Below are positions 48,027 through 57,043 of a DNA stretch of 64,000 nt, piece after piece; the first letter of the stretch is position 1; each line of letters opens with the position of its first letter. Source of the DNA: Rhabdothermincola salaria (GTDB taxonomy: Bacteria > Actinomycetota > Acidimicrobiia > Acidimicrobiales > Acidimicrobilacustridaceae); contig NZ_JAJQXW010000001.1 in the NCBI RefSeq assembly GCF_021246445.1, positions 186,001-250,000 of the forward strand, in the 5' to 3' direction. The notes under the pieces were generated by a model. The model had not been told where the DNA came from and searched no databases. It was given only the letters and a program-made list of their open reading frames with translations. A program made the translations under genes and the position numbers.

Positions 48027-50117
48027 ATGCGCCTTCTCCAGCTGACCCTCGATCCCGAACGGGATGCCGTGCTCGAGCTCCACGGCGCCATGACCGTCAT
48101 CACGGGCATGAGCGACCGCGAGCGCCAGCGCCTCATCCGCATCGTGACCGCCGTGGCCAAGGGCGAGGACCCGGGAACCCCGGGCCTCGTCGAGGCCCAC
48201 GGGGTGGTCCTGGACCTCACGTCCGAGGTCCTCGCGCTGTTGGACACCGGGGCGGACGTGGATCCGCTCGTTCGCCGACGCGACCTTCCCGGCGCCGCGC
48301 CTTCGCCCGCCGAGGACGGCGCCGACGACGCGTTCGGCTCGTCGGTCGATCCGGCGGAGGTGTTGTTGTCCTCGGCCCCGAAGGGGGCACATCCCGAGCT
48401 CGACCGGCACCGGCGCCGTCTCCACGACGCCGTCCAGACCCGTGAGGTGCTCCAGGAGGCGGCGGCCCAGGCGGCCCGCGACCTCGATGCCGCCGGGCGC
48501 GACCGGCGCCGCGCCGTCGAGCACCTCGATGGGGCCCACCAACGGGCTGCCGAACCGCTCGGTCCGGAGCACCGCACCGGGCCGGCGGGGGTCGAGGTGG
48601 CCGAGCTGGAAGCGGAGATCGCCCACATCGAAGCCGGTGTCGCCGAGCTCGAGAGCCTCGACATCCGTCCCATCGCCGTCCTGCTCGATGCCATCGAGAA
48701 CCCGGGTCCGGTGGAGGAGGTGCCGTCGCCGCGTGCGCAGGCCCTGGCCGATCGCTTCGTCGCCCTGCAAGGGCAGGTCGCAGCGTTGGAGGAGGGGCTG
48801 GAGGCCGAGGGACGGGGGCCGGTGTCGGCCATGCGCCGACTCGACGAAGCCCGGGCCGAGGTCGCCGCGGCCGAGCGCATGCGGGACCGCGCCGAGGTCA
48901 CCCCCGACGACGAAGCCGAGCTGCGCCGGGCCCACGAACGGGTCCTGGAGTCCGAGCGCAAGGCGTCGGGGCTGCGGTCACGTTCCGGCCAACGCAAGCT
49001 GGCCGACGCCCTCGCCCGCCAACAGGAGATCCTCGATCGGGTCGGCTACCCGACCTGGAGCGCGTTCATCATGGGCGCCAGCCTCATGGGGGCCGACCCT
49101 GCCGGTGAGGAGCGGTTGGCCGCCGCCCAGGCCGACCTCGAGGCGGCCGAGGCCCACTGGGTCGAGATCAGTGCCGCGTTGGAGGCCGACCCCGATCACC
49201 ACGCGCTGCTCGACGAGCTCGAGCAGGTCGAGCTGGACGCGGTCGGACTGTTGCTGGAACGGGGCATCGGGGTGCCCGACGAGCGCAACGGCCTGGAAGA
49301 GACGCTGCGTGCCCTGCGCGAGCCGAAGCACGAGGTCGACCCCACCGAGCTGGTCGACGCCCTCGCCTTCCACCTCACCAGCATCGGCATGGACCTCGGG
49401 GAGATGGCCACCGACCCCGAGCACGTCCGGCGGGTCGCAGGCGCCTTCCTCGAAGAAGCGGCCGGCATCAGGGATCGGATCGATGAGCTCGGTGTCGAGC
49501 GTCGTCGCCTCGAGGCCCGGCTGGCCGACGCCCGGTCGCGGGCCGAAGCCGAGGCCTGGGCCGCGCTCGAGGCCTCCGTCGAGATGGCCGATCCCGGTGA
49601 GGCCACGCTGGCCGAGCTCGAAGAGGCGCTCGCCGAGGCCCGGCGTCGCGAGGACGACCTGGCCGAGGTGCTCGAGGCTCGTGAGGCCCTGCTCGAGACC
49701 GCGGTGGACTCCGAACGGCAGGCCCGCGAGCAGGCCCTGTCCGTGGCCCGGTCGCTGCGCAACGCGTCCCCGGCTGCCGGCGAGGGTGGGTCCGACGGGT
49801 CGTCCGACCCGGGCACCGTGCGCCCCGGCTGGTCCGAGATCGACCCCGAGGCCATCGAGTTCTATCTGCTGGCCCGCCTGGCGGCCCAGCGCCAGGTCTC
49901 CTACTCGGGCTCGGTGCCGGCGCTCGTCGACGACGCCCTGGCCGGGGTGCCGCAGGACTCGGTGCGGCGGGTGCTCGACGGGCTCGCCCGGATGTCCGCC
50001 GCCGTGCAGGTGGTGTACCTCACCGATGATCCGTCGGTGCTGGCCTGGGCCCGGGAACACCCCGACACCGCGGCCGTGGTGTCGTGGTCGTCGGCGGTGG
50101 CCGAGACACGCGCCTGA
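48027..50117 (+). CDS. SMC/SbcC-like coiled-coil protein with degenerate ABC-ATPase head
   Basis: N-terminal MRLLQL...MTVITG, long heptads, C-terminal PALVDDAL and QVVYLTDD. Confidence 0.75.
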   Translation: MRLLQLTLDPERDAVLELHGAMTVITGMSDRERQRLIRIVTAVAKGEDPGTPGLVEAHGVVLDLTSEVLALLDTGADVDPLVRRRDLPGAAPSPAEDGADDAFGSSVDPAEVLLSSAPKGAHPELDRHRRRLHDAVQTREVLQEAAAQAARDLDAAGRDRRRAVEHLDGAHQRAAEPLGPEHRTGPAGVEVAELEAEIAHIEAGVAELESLDIRPIAVLLDAIENPGPVEEVPSPRAQALADRFVALQGQVAALEEGLEAEGRGPVSAMRRLDEARAEVAAAERMRDRAEVTPDDEAELRRAHERVLESERKASGLRSRSGQRKLADALARQQEILDRVGYPTWSAFIMGASLMGADPAGEERLAAAQADLEAAEAHWVEISAALEADPDHHALLDELEQVELDAVGLLLERGIGVPDERNGLEETLRALREPKHEVDPTELVDALAFHLTSIGMDLGEMATDPEHVRRVAGAFLEEAAGIRDRIDELGVERRRLEARLADARSRAEAEAWAALEASVEMADPGEATLAELEEALAEARRREDDLAEVLEAREALLETAVDSERQAREQALSVARSLRNASPAAGEGGSDGSSDPGTVRPGWSEIDPEAIEFYLLARLAAQRQVSYSGSVPALVDDALAGVPQDSVRRVLDGLARMSAAVQVVYLTDDPSVLAWAREHPDTAAVVSWSSAVAETRA

Positions 50118-50185
50118 CACCGTCTCGGTCGAGCGGGTCCCGGGGCCGACCTACGATCGGGGCAACACCACCCCCAGGAGGCAGC

Positions 50186-51307
50186 GTGGCCCCCATCACC
50201 GAAGCCGCAGTCAAGGATCTGGCCGCGATCCGCAGCACCGCCAGCCCGGTCGTGTCCGTGTACCTCGACGTCGACGGACGCCGGCAGATCCTGCGTCAGG
50301 ACGTCGAGCGGCAGTTCGAGCGCCTCGTCCGCGAGAGCGCCGGTCATCGCGACCAGGAGCCGGCGCCGGCCGACCTGGCTCGGGTCGAGGACTTCCTGAC
50401 CACCGACTTCGACCGCTCGGGGGTTCGTGGGCTGGCCATCTTCGTCTGCGGTGAGCTCGACCTGTGGGAGGTGCAACCCCTCCCGATGGCGGTGGCCCCT
50501 CAGCTCCACGTCAACCAGAGCCCGGCCGTGGCCCAGCTCGAGGCCGTGGTGCAGGAGCTCGAGCCGCTCGGCTTGTTGCTCGTCGACCGCCAGCGGGCCC
50601 GGATGTTCGTGTACCACCTCGGTGAGCTCGTCGACCGCACGGAGCTCTTCGAGCAGCTGCCGCGCAACGACTTCGACCGCCACGACGACGCCTCTCGCGG
50701 GGCCGACCGGTACGACCACCACGTCGACGAAGCGGCGCTGCAACACCTGCGCCACGCCGCCGAGGTGGCCTTCAGTCTGTTCCAGGACCACGGCTTCACC
50801 CATCTGGCCATCGGTGGCCCCGACGACCTGATGAACACCGTCGAGGGCCTTCTGCACCCGTACCTGCGCGAAGGCCTCTGCGGGCGGGTGGGCCTGTCGG
50901 CCGCGGCATCCGACTCAGAGGTGCTGGCCGCCGCGCTCGAGGTCGAGCACGCGGTCGAGCGCGCTCGGGAGGAGGCGCTCGTGCAACGCCTCCGCGACGC
51001 GGTGGGCGCCGACAACCGAGGCACCGCCGGCCTCGTGCCGGTCATGGCCGCGCTGGCCGAGCGACGCGTCGCCCACCTGCTGGTCTCGCAGGGCTACCAC
51101 GAGGTGGGCTGGCGCTGCCCCTCGTGCGACGGGCTCTTCGCCAAGGGCCCCACCTGCCCGGTCGACGCCGCCGAGATGTCCCACCTCGACGACGTCGTCG
51201 AGGAGGCGGTGCAGCACGCCCTCACCCACGGCGCCAAGGTCGAAGTGTGCGTGGGCAACGCCGACCTCGACGTCATGGGCCGCATCGGTGCGCTGTTGCG
51301 CTACTGA
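50186..51307 (+). CDS. Bacterial aeRF1-fold protein (baeRF/VLRF-type) with Zn ribbon
   Basis: VVSVYLDVD, GLAIF, LLVDRQRAR, CPSC...CPVD, GRIGALLRY C-terminus. Confidence 0.85.
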   Translation: MAPITEAAVKDLAAIRSTASPVVSVYLDVDGRRQILRQDVERQFERLVRESAGHRDQEPAPADLARVEDFLTTDFDRSGVRGLAIFVCGELDLWEVQPLPMAVAPQLHVNQSPAVAQLEAVVQELEPLGLLLVDRQRARMFVYHLGELVDRTELFEQLPRNDFDRHDDASRGADRYDHHVDEAALQHLRHAAEVAFSLFQDHGFTHLAIGGPDDLMNTVEGLLHPYLREGLCGRVGLSAAASDSEVLAAALEVEHAVERAREEALVQRLRDAVGADNRGTAGLVPVMAALAERRVAHLLVSQGYHEVGWRCPSCDGLFAKGPTCPVDAAEMSHLDDVVEEAVQHALTHGAKVEVCVGNADLDVMGRIGALLRY

Positions 51308-51391
51308 TCGGCGCCCGCCGCCTCTCGACGTCGTCACCACCCGCCGGCCGGGACCGGTCGGAGGGGACCCGCCGGCAGGCGGTGGGACCTG

Positions 51392-52357
51392 ATGGCCGCG
51401 GTGGTCGTGGGCCTCGACGTCGGCGGTACCAAGATCCTCGGCCGGGCGGTCAGCACCGCCGCACCGACCGCGGTGCTGGCCGAGGAGCGCGTCCAGACGC
51501 CGTTGGGTCCCGCCGCGCTGCTGGAGGCCCTCGCCGGTGTCGTCCGTGATCTGCAGGTCCGTCTGGACGAGGCGGGCCACGAGCCAGCGGTGGCCGTGGG
51601 GATGGGCGTGCCCGCGCTGGTCGATCGCGATGGGGTGATCCGCTTCGCCACCCATCTGGCCGGCGTGACCGACCTGGCCGTGGGACGGGAGCTGTCGAGC
51701 GAGCTCGCGCTGCCGGTCGTGGTGGACAACGATGCCAACTGCGCCGCTCTCGCCGAAGCACGGGTCGGTGCCGGAGCGGGGTCCGACGACGTCGCGGTGG
51801 TGACCCTCGGCACCGGCATCGGCGCCGGGTTCATCGTCGGAGGGCGCCTTCTGCGGGGAGCCAGGGGCTTCGCCGGCGAGCCCGGCCACATGCAGGTCGC
51901 CGACGACGGCCTGCCCTGCCCGTGCGGTCGCCGGGGCTGCTGGGAGCGGTACGCCTCGGGCGGCGGTCTCGCCCACCTCGCCCGCCGCGCGGTGCGCGAA
52001 GGCCGGGCGCCCGGGTTGGAGGCCTTGCCCGGTGCCCCTGAGGGGATCCGGGGCGAAGCGGTGGTGGCCCTCGCCCGACAGGGCGACCCCGACGCGTCGG
52101 CCGTGCTCGACGAGCTGGCCCGCTGGGTGGCGGTCGGTCTCGCCGACCTGGTGGACCTGCTCGACCCGGAGCTCGTGGTGGTGGGGGGCGGGCTCGTCGA
52201 CGCGGGCGACCTGCTCCTGGAACCGGTGCGGCGCCACTACGCCCCGATGGTCCTGGGCCACGGGCACCGGGAGGTCCCAGCGGTGGAGCCGGCCCGGCTG
52301 GGCTCCGGCGCCGGGGCCATCGGCGCGGCCTTGTTGGCCGGCGAACTCGTGACCTGA
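51392..52357 (+). CDS. ROK family glucokinase
   Basis: GLDVGGTK, DNDANCAALAE, GTGIGAG, GEPGH, CPCGRRGCWE. Confidence 0.92.
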   Translation: MAAVVVGLDVGGTKILGRAVSTAAPTAVLAEERVQTPLGPAALLEALAGVVRDLQVRLDEAGHEPAVAVGMGVPALVDRDGVIRFATHLAGVTDLAVGRELSSELALPVVVDNDANCAALAEARVGAGAGSDDVAVVTLGTGIGAGFIVGGRLLRGARGFAGEPGHMQVADDGLPCPCGRRGCWERYASGGGLAHLARRAVREGRAPGLEALPGAPEGIRGEAVVALARQGDPDASAVLDELARWVAVGLADLVDLLDPELVVVGGGLVDAGDLLLEPVRRHYAPMVLGHGHREVPAVEPARLGSGAGAIGAALLAGELVT

Positions 52358-52398
52358 TCTGATTCGGGCGCTCCGGCCGGTGCCGGTACGCTCGCCCC

Positions 52399-53574
52399 AT
52401 GGAGTTCCGCCGGATCACGTCGCTGCCGCCGTACGTCTTCACGATCATCGATTCGCTGAAGGTCGAGGCCCGGCGCGCCGGCGAGGACGTCATCGATCTG
52501 GGGTTCGGCAACCCGGACCTGCCCTCGCCCGACATCGCCGTCGACAAGCTCACCGAAGCCGCCCACAACGCCCGCAACCACCGCTACTCGGCGAGCCGGG
52601 GCATCCCCAAGCTGCGAGAGGCGATCGCCGGCTACTACCTGCGGCGCTTCGGTGTCGAGATCGACCCCGACACCGAGGTCATCAACACCATCGGGGCCAA
52701 AGAGGGCTTCTCGCACCTCATGTGGACGCTGCTGCAGCCGGGCGACGCCGCCTTGGTGCCGTCGCCCTCGTACCCCATCCACATCTACGGTCCGCTGTTC
52801 GCCGGGGCCGACATCCGCGAAGTGCCCCTCGGCACCGACACCGACTTCTTCGACAACCTGAGTGAGGCGTGGGAGTACTCCTGGCCCAAGCCACGGGTCA
52901 TCGTGATGTCGTTCCCCCACAACCCGACCACGACCTGCGTCGACCTCGAGTTCATGCAGCGCATCGTCGACTTCGCCCGCGAGCGCGACGTGGTGATCGT
53001 GCACGACAACGCCTACGCCGACCTGGGCTTCGACGGGTACCGCCCGCCGAGCATCCTGCAGGCCGAAGGGGCCAAGGAGGTGGCCGTCGAGCTCTACTCC
53101 ATGACCAAGTCGTTCTCGATGGCGGGCTGGCGGGTCGCCTTCATGCTCGGACGGCCCGATGTCATCGCCGCCCTGGCCAAGCTCAAGAGCTACCTCGACT
53201 ACGGCACCTTCCAGCCCATCCAGATCGCGGCCACCGTGACGTTGAACGAGGCCTACGACTTCCCTCGGGAGGTCAACCAGATCTACCAGGCGCGGCGCGA
53301 CACGCTGTGCAACGGGTTGAACCGGATCGGATGGGAGCTCACGCCCCCCAAGGGCACCATGTTCACCTGGGCTCCCATCCCGGAGCCGTACCGGGAGATG
53401 GGGTCGGTCGAGTTCGCATCGTTCCTGGTGCGCGAGGCCCACGTCGCGGTGTCGCCCGGGGTGGGCTTCGGACCGGGGGGCGACGGCCACGTGCGCTTCG
53501 CCCTCATCGAGAACGAGCAGCGCACCCTGCAGGCGGTGCGCAACCTGCGCCGGGTGCTCACCAAGCTGGGCTGA
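52399..53574 (+). CDS. Class I/II aminotransferase (AlaC-like)
   Basis: [36 protein letters not shown]. Confidence 0.92.
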   Translation: MEFRRITSLPPYVFTIIDSLKVEARRAGEDVIDLGFGNPDLPSPDIAVDKLTEAAHNARNHRYSASRGIPKLREAIAGYYLRRFGVEIDPDTEVINTIGAKEGFSHLMWTLLQPGDAALVPSPSYPIHIYGPLFAGADIREVPLGTDTDFFDNLSEAWEYSWPKPRVIVMSFPHNPTTTCVDLEFMQRIVDFARERDVVIVHDNAYADLGFDGYRPPSILQAEGAKEVAVELYSMTKSFSMAGWRVAFMLGRPDVIAALAKLKSYLDYGTFQPIQIAATVTLNEAYDFPREVNQIYQARRDTLCNGLNRIGWELTPPKGTMFTWAPIPEPYREMGSVEFASFLVREAHVAVSPGVGFGPGGDGHVRFALIENEQRTLQAVRNLRRVLTKLG

Positions 53575-53582
53575 GCTCTTGG

Positions 53583-53630
53583 TTCTTGCATGGTTTCGAC
53601 GTGCTCCAGCACGTCGAAACCATGCAAGAA
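53583..53630. repeat. Perfect 23-bp inverted repeat between convergent genes (bidirectional terminator or REP-like)
   Basis: TTCTTGCATGGTTTCGACGTGCT-CC-AGCACGTCGAAACCATGCAAGAA. Confidence 0.9.
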
Positions 53631-53641
53631 GGCGCGGTGGG

Positions 53642-54277
53642 TCAGGCCACCGTGCCCCGGTCGGCCTCCGGTGTTCCCACGACACGGGCGAGGGGGCCGT
53701 TCAGCCCGCCGAGGCAGAAGGCGACGGCTTCGTCGGCCACGGCGTCGATGGGCCGGTCGGCCTCGCGCAGGAAGCGGCGGGCCAGGTGCCGGGTGACGCC
53801 CAGGATGGCGTTTGCCTGCAGCTCGAGGTCGCCGTCGCGCACTGCTTCCCGGGCCACCGCCTCACGGAGGTGGCGCATCGTGTCGCTCACCGCCACCTCG
53901 GTGCCCTGGCGCAGGACGTCGGCGAAACGGGCCTCGGAGCGGGCGAATGAGCTGACCTGGTCGACCGCCCGGTTGGCGGCGTACCAGCGCACGGATGCCC
54001 TGATCCCGAGCTCGATCCGGCGCACCGGGTCCTGGACCCCCTCGATGGCGTCCTGCTGAGCCCGACGCAGGTCTCGCTGGGCTTCCTGCAGGATGGCGGT
54101 GAGCAGGGCGTCCTTGGACTCGAAGTACCAGTAGAACACCCCCTTGCCCACCCCGATGCCGTCGACGATCTCGGCCACCGAGGTCGTGTGGTAGCCCTGG
54201 GCCGCGAAGCGCTCGGTCGCGTAGCGCATCAGCTGTCGACGGCGCTCGAGGCCACGAGGGGTCAAGCGGCGCGCCAT
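53642..54277 (-). CDS. TetR family regulator
   Basis: FAAQGYHTTSVAEI..GVGKGVFYWYFESK. Confidence 0.93.
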   Translation of the reverse strand: MARRLTPRGLERRRQLMRYATERFAAQGYHTTSVAEIVDGIGVGKGVFYWYFESKDALLTAILQEAQRDLRRAQQDAIEGVQDPVRRIELGIRASVRWYAANRAVDQVSSFARSEARFADVLRQGTEVAVSDTMRHLREAVAREAVRDGDLELQANAILGVTRHLARRFLREADRPIDAVADEAVAFCLGGLNGPLARVVGTPEADRGTVA

Positions 54278-54460
54278 GGCCCGACCGTATCCCAGCGGCT
54301 TCGGCGGCCACGACCGTCGTCGACCGCCGCACCGAGAGGTGGCGAGGGGTGCCGGGGGCGGCCGGGGCGTTGCGGCCGGGGCGTTGCGGCCGGCGAGCCT
54401 TCGCATGGTCGTCGCGAGCACGAAACACGGCGTTCACCACCCGCCCGTAGCGTCGTCGAC

Positions 54461-55144
54461 ATGAGCTTGACCTACATCGTCCGAGTCTGGATGCCCGATC
54501 GACCCGGTGCCCTGGGTGCTCTCACCAGTCGCATCGGGGCTGTGGGGGGTGACGTCGTGGGCATCGACATCCTCGAGCGCGGCGCCGAACGGGCCATCGA
54601 CGAGCTCGTGGTCCAGATCCCCGACGCCGGGCTCGTGGACCTCCTGATCAGCGAGATGCAAGAGGTCGACGGCGTCGACGTGGAGGACGTGCGACCGGCG
54701 GCGCAGGCCCTGCACGATCCCCGTCTCGATGCCCTGGAGACGGCGGCGGTCCTGGTCGGGGCGCCGACCCCCGAAGACGCCATCGCCGAGCTGTGCACCC
54801 ACGCGGTGCGCACCGTCGGAGCCTCCTGGGGAGCGATCGTGGACCTCGACCTCGAGGAGGTCGTCGTCGCCGAGGGCGAGCCCCCGTCGCCAGCGTGGTT
54901 GGCGGCGTTCGTGGCCGGGAGCCAGAGCTCGGCCAGGGTGGCGGGAGGACGCGCCGGCCCCGTCGACGTGGCCTGGGCGCCGTTGCCCGCCGCGTCGTTG
55001 GTACTGGTGCTGGGACGTGATGGTCAGGCCTTCAGGGCCCGGGAACGGAGGCAGGCGGCGGCGTTGGCCCGCATCGTCGACACTCGGTTTCGTGAGCTGA
55101 GGGCGATGCGCTCGAGGATCTCCCACCCGTCGGTGAGCCGCTGA
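54461..55144 (+). CDS. ACT domain protein
   Basis: VRVWMPDRPGALGAL...GGDVVGIDILER. Confidence 0.85.
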   Translation: MSLTYIVRVWMPDRPGALGALTSRIGAVGGDVVGIDILERGAERAIDELVVQIPDAGLVDLLISEMQEVDGVDVEDVRPAAQALHDPRLDALETAAVLVGAPTPEDAIAELCTHAVRTVGASWGAIVDLDLEEVVVAEGEPPSPAWLAAFVAGSQSSARVAGGRAGPVDVAWAPLPAASLVLVLGRDGQAFRARERRQAAALARIVDTRFRELRAMRSRISHPSVSR

Positions 55145-55306
55145 GAGCGGTCGCTGGTTCTCAGCCGACCGAGCACGAGAGGCGGGCGCCGCGGCGTCGG
55201 CGTCGGACTCCGGTCACCTCGTGTTCCCACTCCGGCCGGGGACAGTTCTCGACCGCCTGGGTAGGGTGACCGGGTCCGCTCGGCACCGACGAAAGCAGGG
55301 ATCTCG

Positions 55307-56341
55307 ATGCGCGTAGCCATGCTCACCGGCGGGGGCGACTGCCCCGGCCTGAACGCCGTGATGCGAGCCGTCGTCCGCAAGGGCGAGCGCCACTACGGCG
55401 ACGAGCTCGTCGGCTTCCTCGACGGATGGCGAGGCGTCATCGACGGCGCCGTGCGACCCCTCGACGTGGAAGCGCTGCGGGGGACGCTGCCCCGTGGGGG
55501 CACCATCCTCGGCTCCTCGCGCACCAACCCGTTCAAGATCGAGGGTGGCGTGGATGCCTGCAAGGCCAGCATGGAGGCCCTCGGCATCGATGCCCTCATC
55601 GCCATCGGCGGCGAGGACACCCTCGGGGTGGCCGAGAAGCTGCACCAGCTCGGCGTGCACGTCATCGGCGTGCCCAAGACCATCGACAACGATCTGTCGG
55701 GCACCGAGCTGACCTTCGGCTTCGACACCGCCGTGCAGATCGCCACTGAGGCGATCGACCGTCTCCACACCACCGCCGAGTCCCACCACCGGGTGATGGT
55801 GGTCGAGGTCATGGGCCGCCACGCTGGCCACATCGCCGTGTGGTCGGGCATCGCCGGTGGCGCCACCATGATCCTCATCCCCGAAGAGCCCTTCGACATC
55901 GACTCGGTGTGCGACGCCCTGCGTCGCCGCCACGAGAAGGGCAACTACGCCTCCATCGTGGTGGTGGCCGAGGGTGCCGTCCCAGAGGAGGGCACCATGG
56001 AGCTGCAGACCGGCGAGGTCGACCAGTTCGGCCACGTCCGCCTGGGTGGCATCGGCAACAGCCTCGCGGAGGCCATCGAGGACCGCACCGGCTTCGAGAC
56101 CCGCCAGACGGTGCTCGGCCACGTGCAACGCGGTGGTACCCCCACGGCGTTCGACCGCGTGCTGGCGACCCGGTTCGGGGTGGCCGCCATCGACGCCGTC
56201 CACGACGGTGCGTTCGGTCAGATGGTGGCGCTGCAGAGCGGCGACATCGTGCGGGTCCCGCTCACCGAAGCGGTGGGGACCCTCAAGACCGTCGACCCCG
56301 ACCTGTACCACGGCGTGGCCGAGGTCTTCTTCGCCGGTTGA
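55307..56341 (+). CDS. pfkA: 6-phosphofructokinase
   Basis: TGGGDCPGLN, GGTILGSSR, GGEDT, PKTIDND, EVMGR, GHVQRGG. Confidence 0.95.
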   Translation: MRVAMLTGGGDCPGLNAVMRAVVRKGERHYGDELVGFLDGWRGVIDGAVRPLDVEALRGTLPRGGTILGSSRTNPFKIEGGVDACKASMEALGIDALIAIGGEDTLGVAEKLHQLGVHVIGVPKTIDNDLSGTELTFGFDTAVQIATEAIDRLHTTAESHHRVMVVEVMGRHAGHIAVWSGIAGGATMILIPEEPFDIDSVCDALRRRHEKGNYASIVVVAEGAVPEEGTMELQTGEVDQFGHVRLGGIGNSLAEAIEDRTGFETRQTVLGHVQRGGTPTAFDRVLATRFGVAAIDAVHDGAFGQMVALQSGDIVRVPLTEAVGTLKTVDPDLYHGVAEVFFAG

Positions 56342-56398
56342 CCGATGCCGGCCCGGCACCAGCCGGGTCGGCGGCGCCGGGTGCCGGGCCTTGGTGGA

Positions 56399-57043
56399 TC
56401 AGCCGGTCTCGGATCGACGCAGAGAGGCGAGCAGAGACGGGTCGTCGATACGGCGCACCGGCGTGCCTGCCGGGGCGGTGCCGCTCTCGATGGGCACGGC
56501 CACCGGTTCACCGTCGTCGAAGAAGCGCACCGCATCGATGTCTGCGAGCTCGGTGAGCGTGAACACGATCTGGGCCACGGCGAGGCGCTGCCCGCTGCCC
56601 TCGACCGAGTCGAGCTCGCTGACATCGAGGTCGAGGACCCCGTCGGCGCCGAGGTCGGTGCGGAGCACCTCGAGCCCGGGCGGCACGGAGTTGGTGAGCG
56701 ACGGGAAGCCGAGCTCGGTCGGGCGCGCGTCGGCCAGCGCCTGGACCAGGGCCGCGGGAAGGCCCGAGGGCCCCTCGGGGACCTCGATCTCCACCGGGAT
56801 CTCCGCCAGCTGCTCGGTGGCCCCGTCGCTGCTGGCCTCGACGAGGAAGAGCCTCTCGATGCTCGTCCGCCCCGGCTCGTCGGACACGGTGGTGGTGGTC
56901 GTCTCGTTCTGAAGGGCCTCGGGCAGCGCGTTGTCCGGGATGTCGCGGGCGCTGTCGTCGGAGGCGATGCCGCAGCCCACCAGGAGCACGATCGCGGCGA
57001 GCACGGCCAGGCCCACCTTGACGAGGCGACGCAAGGGCTTCAT
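56399..57043 (-). CDS. GerMN-domain lipoprotein
   Basis: LVGC lipobox; AVAQIVFTLT. Confidence 0.85.
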   Translation of the reverse strand: MKPLRRLVKVGLAVLAAIVLLVGCGIASDDSARDIPDNALPEALQNETTTTTVSDEPGRTSIERLFLVEASSDGATEQLAEIPVEIEVPEGPSGLPAALVQALADARPTELGFPSLTNSVPPGLEVLRTDLGADGVLDLDVSELDSVEGSGQRLAVAQIVFTLTELADIDAVRFFDDGEPVAVPIESGTAPAGTPVRRIDDPSLLASLRRSETG

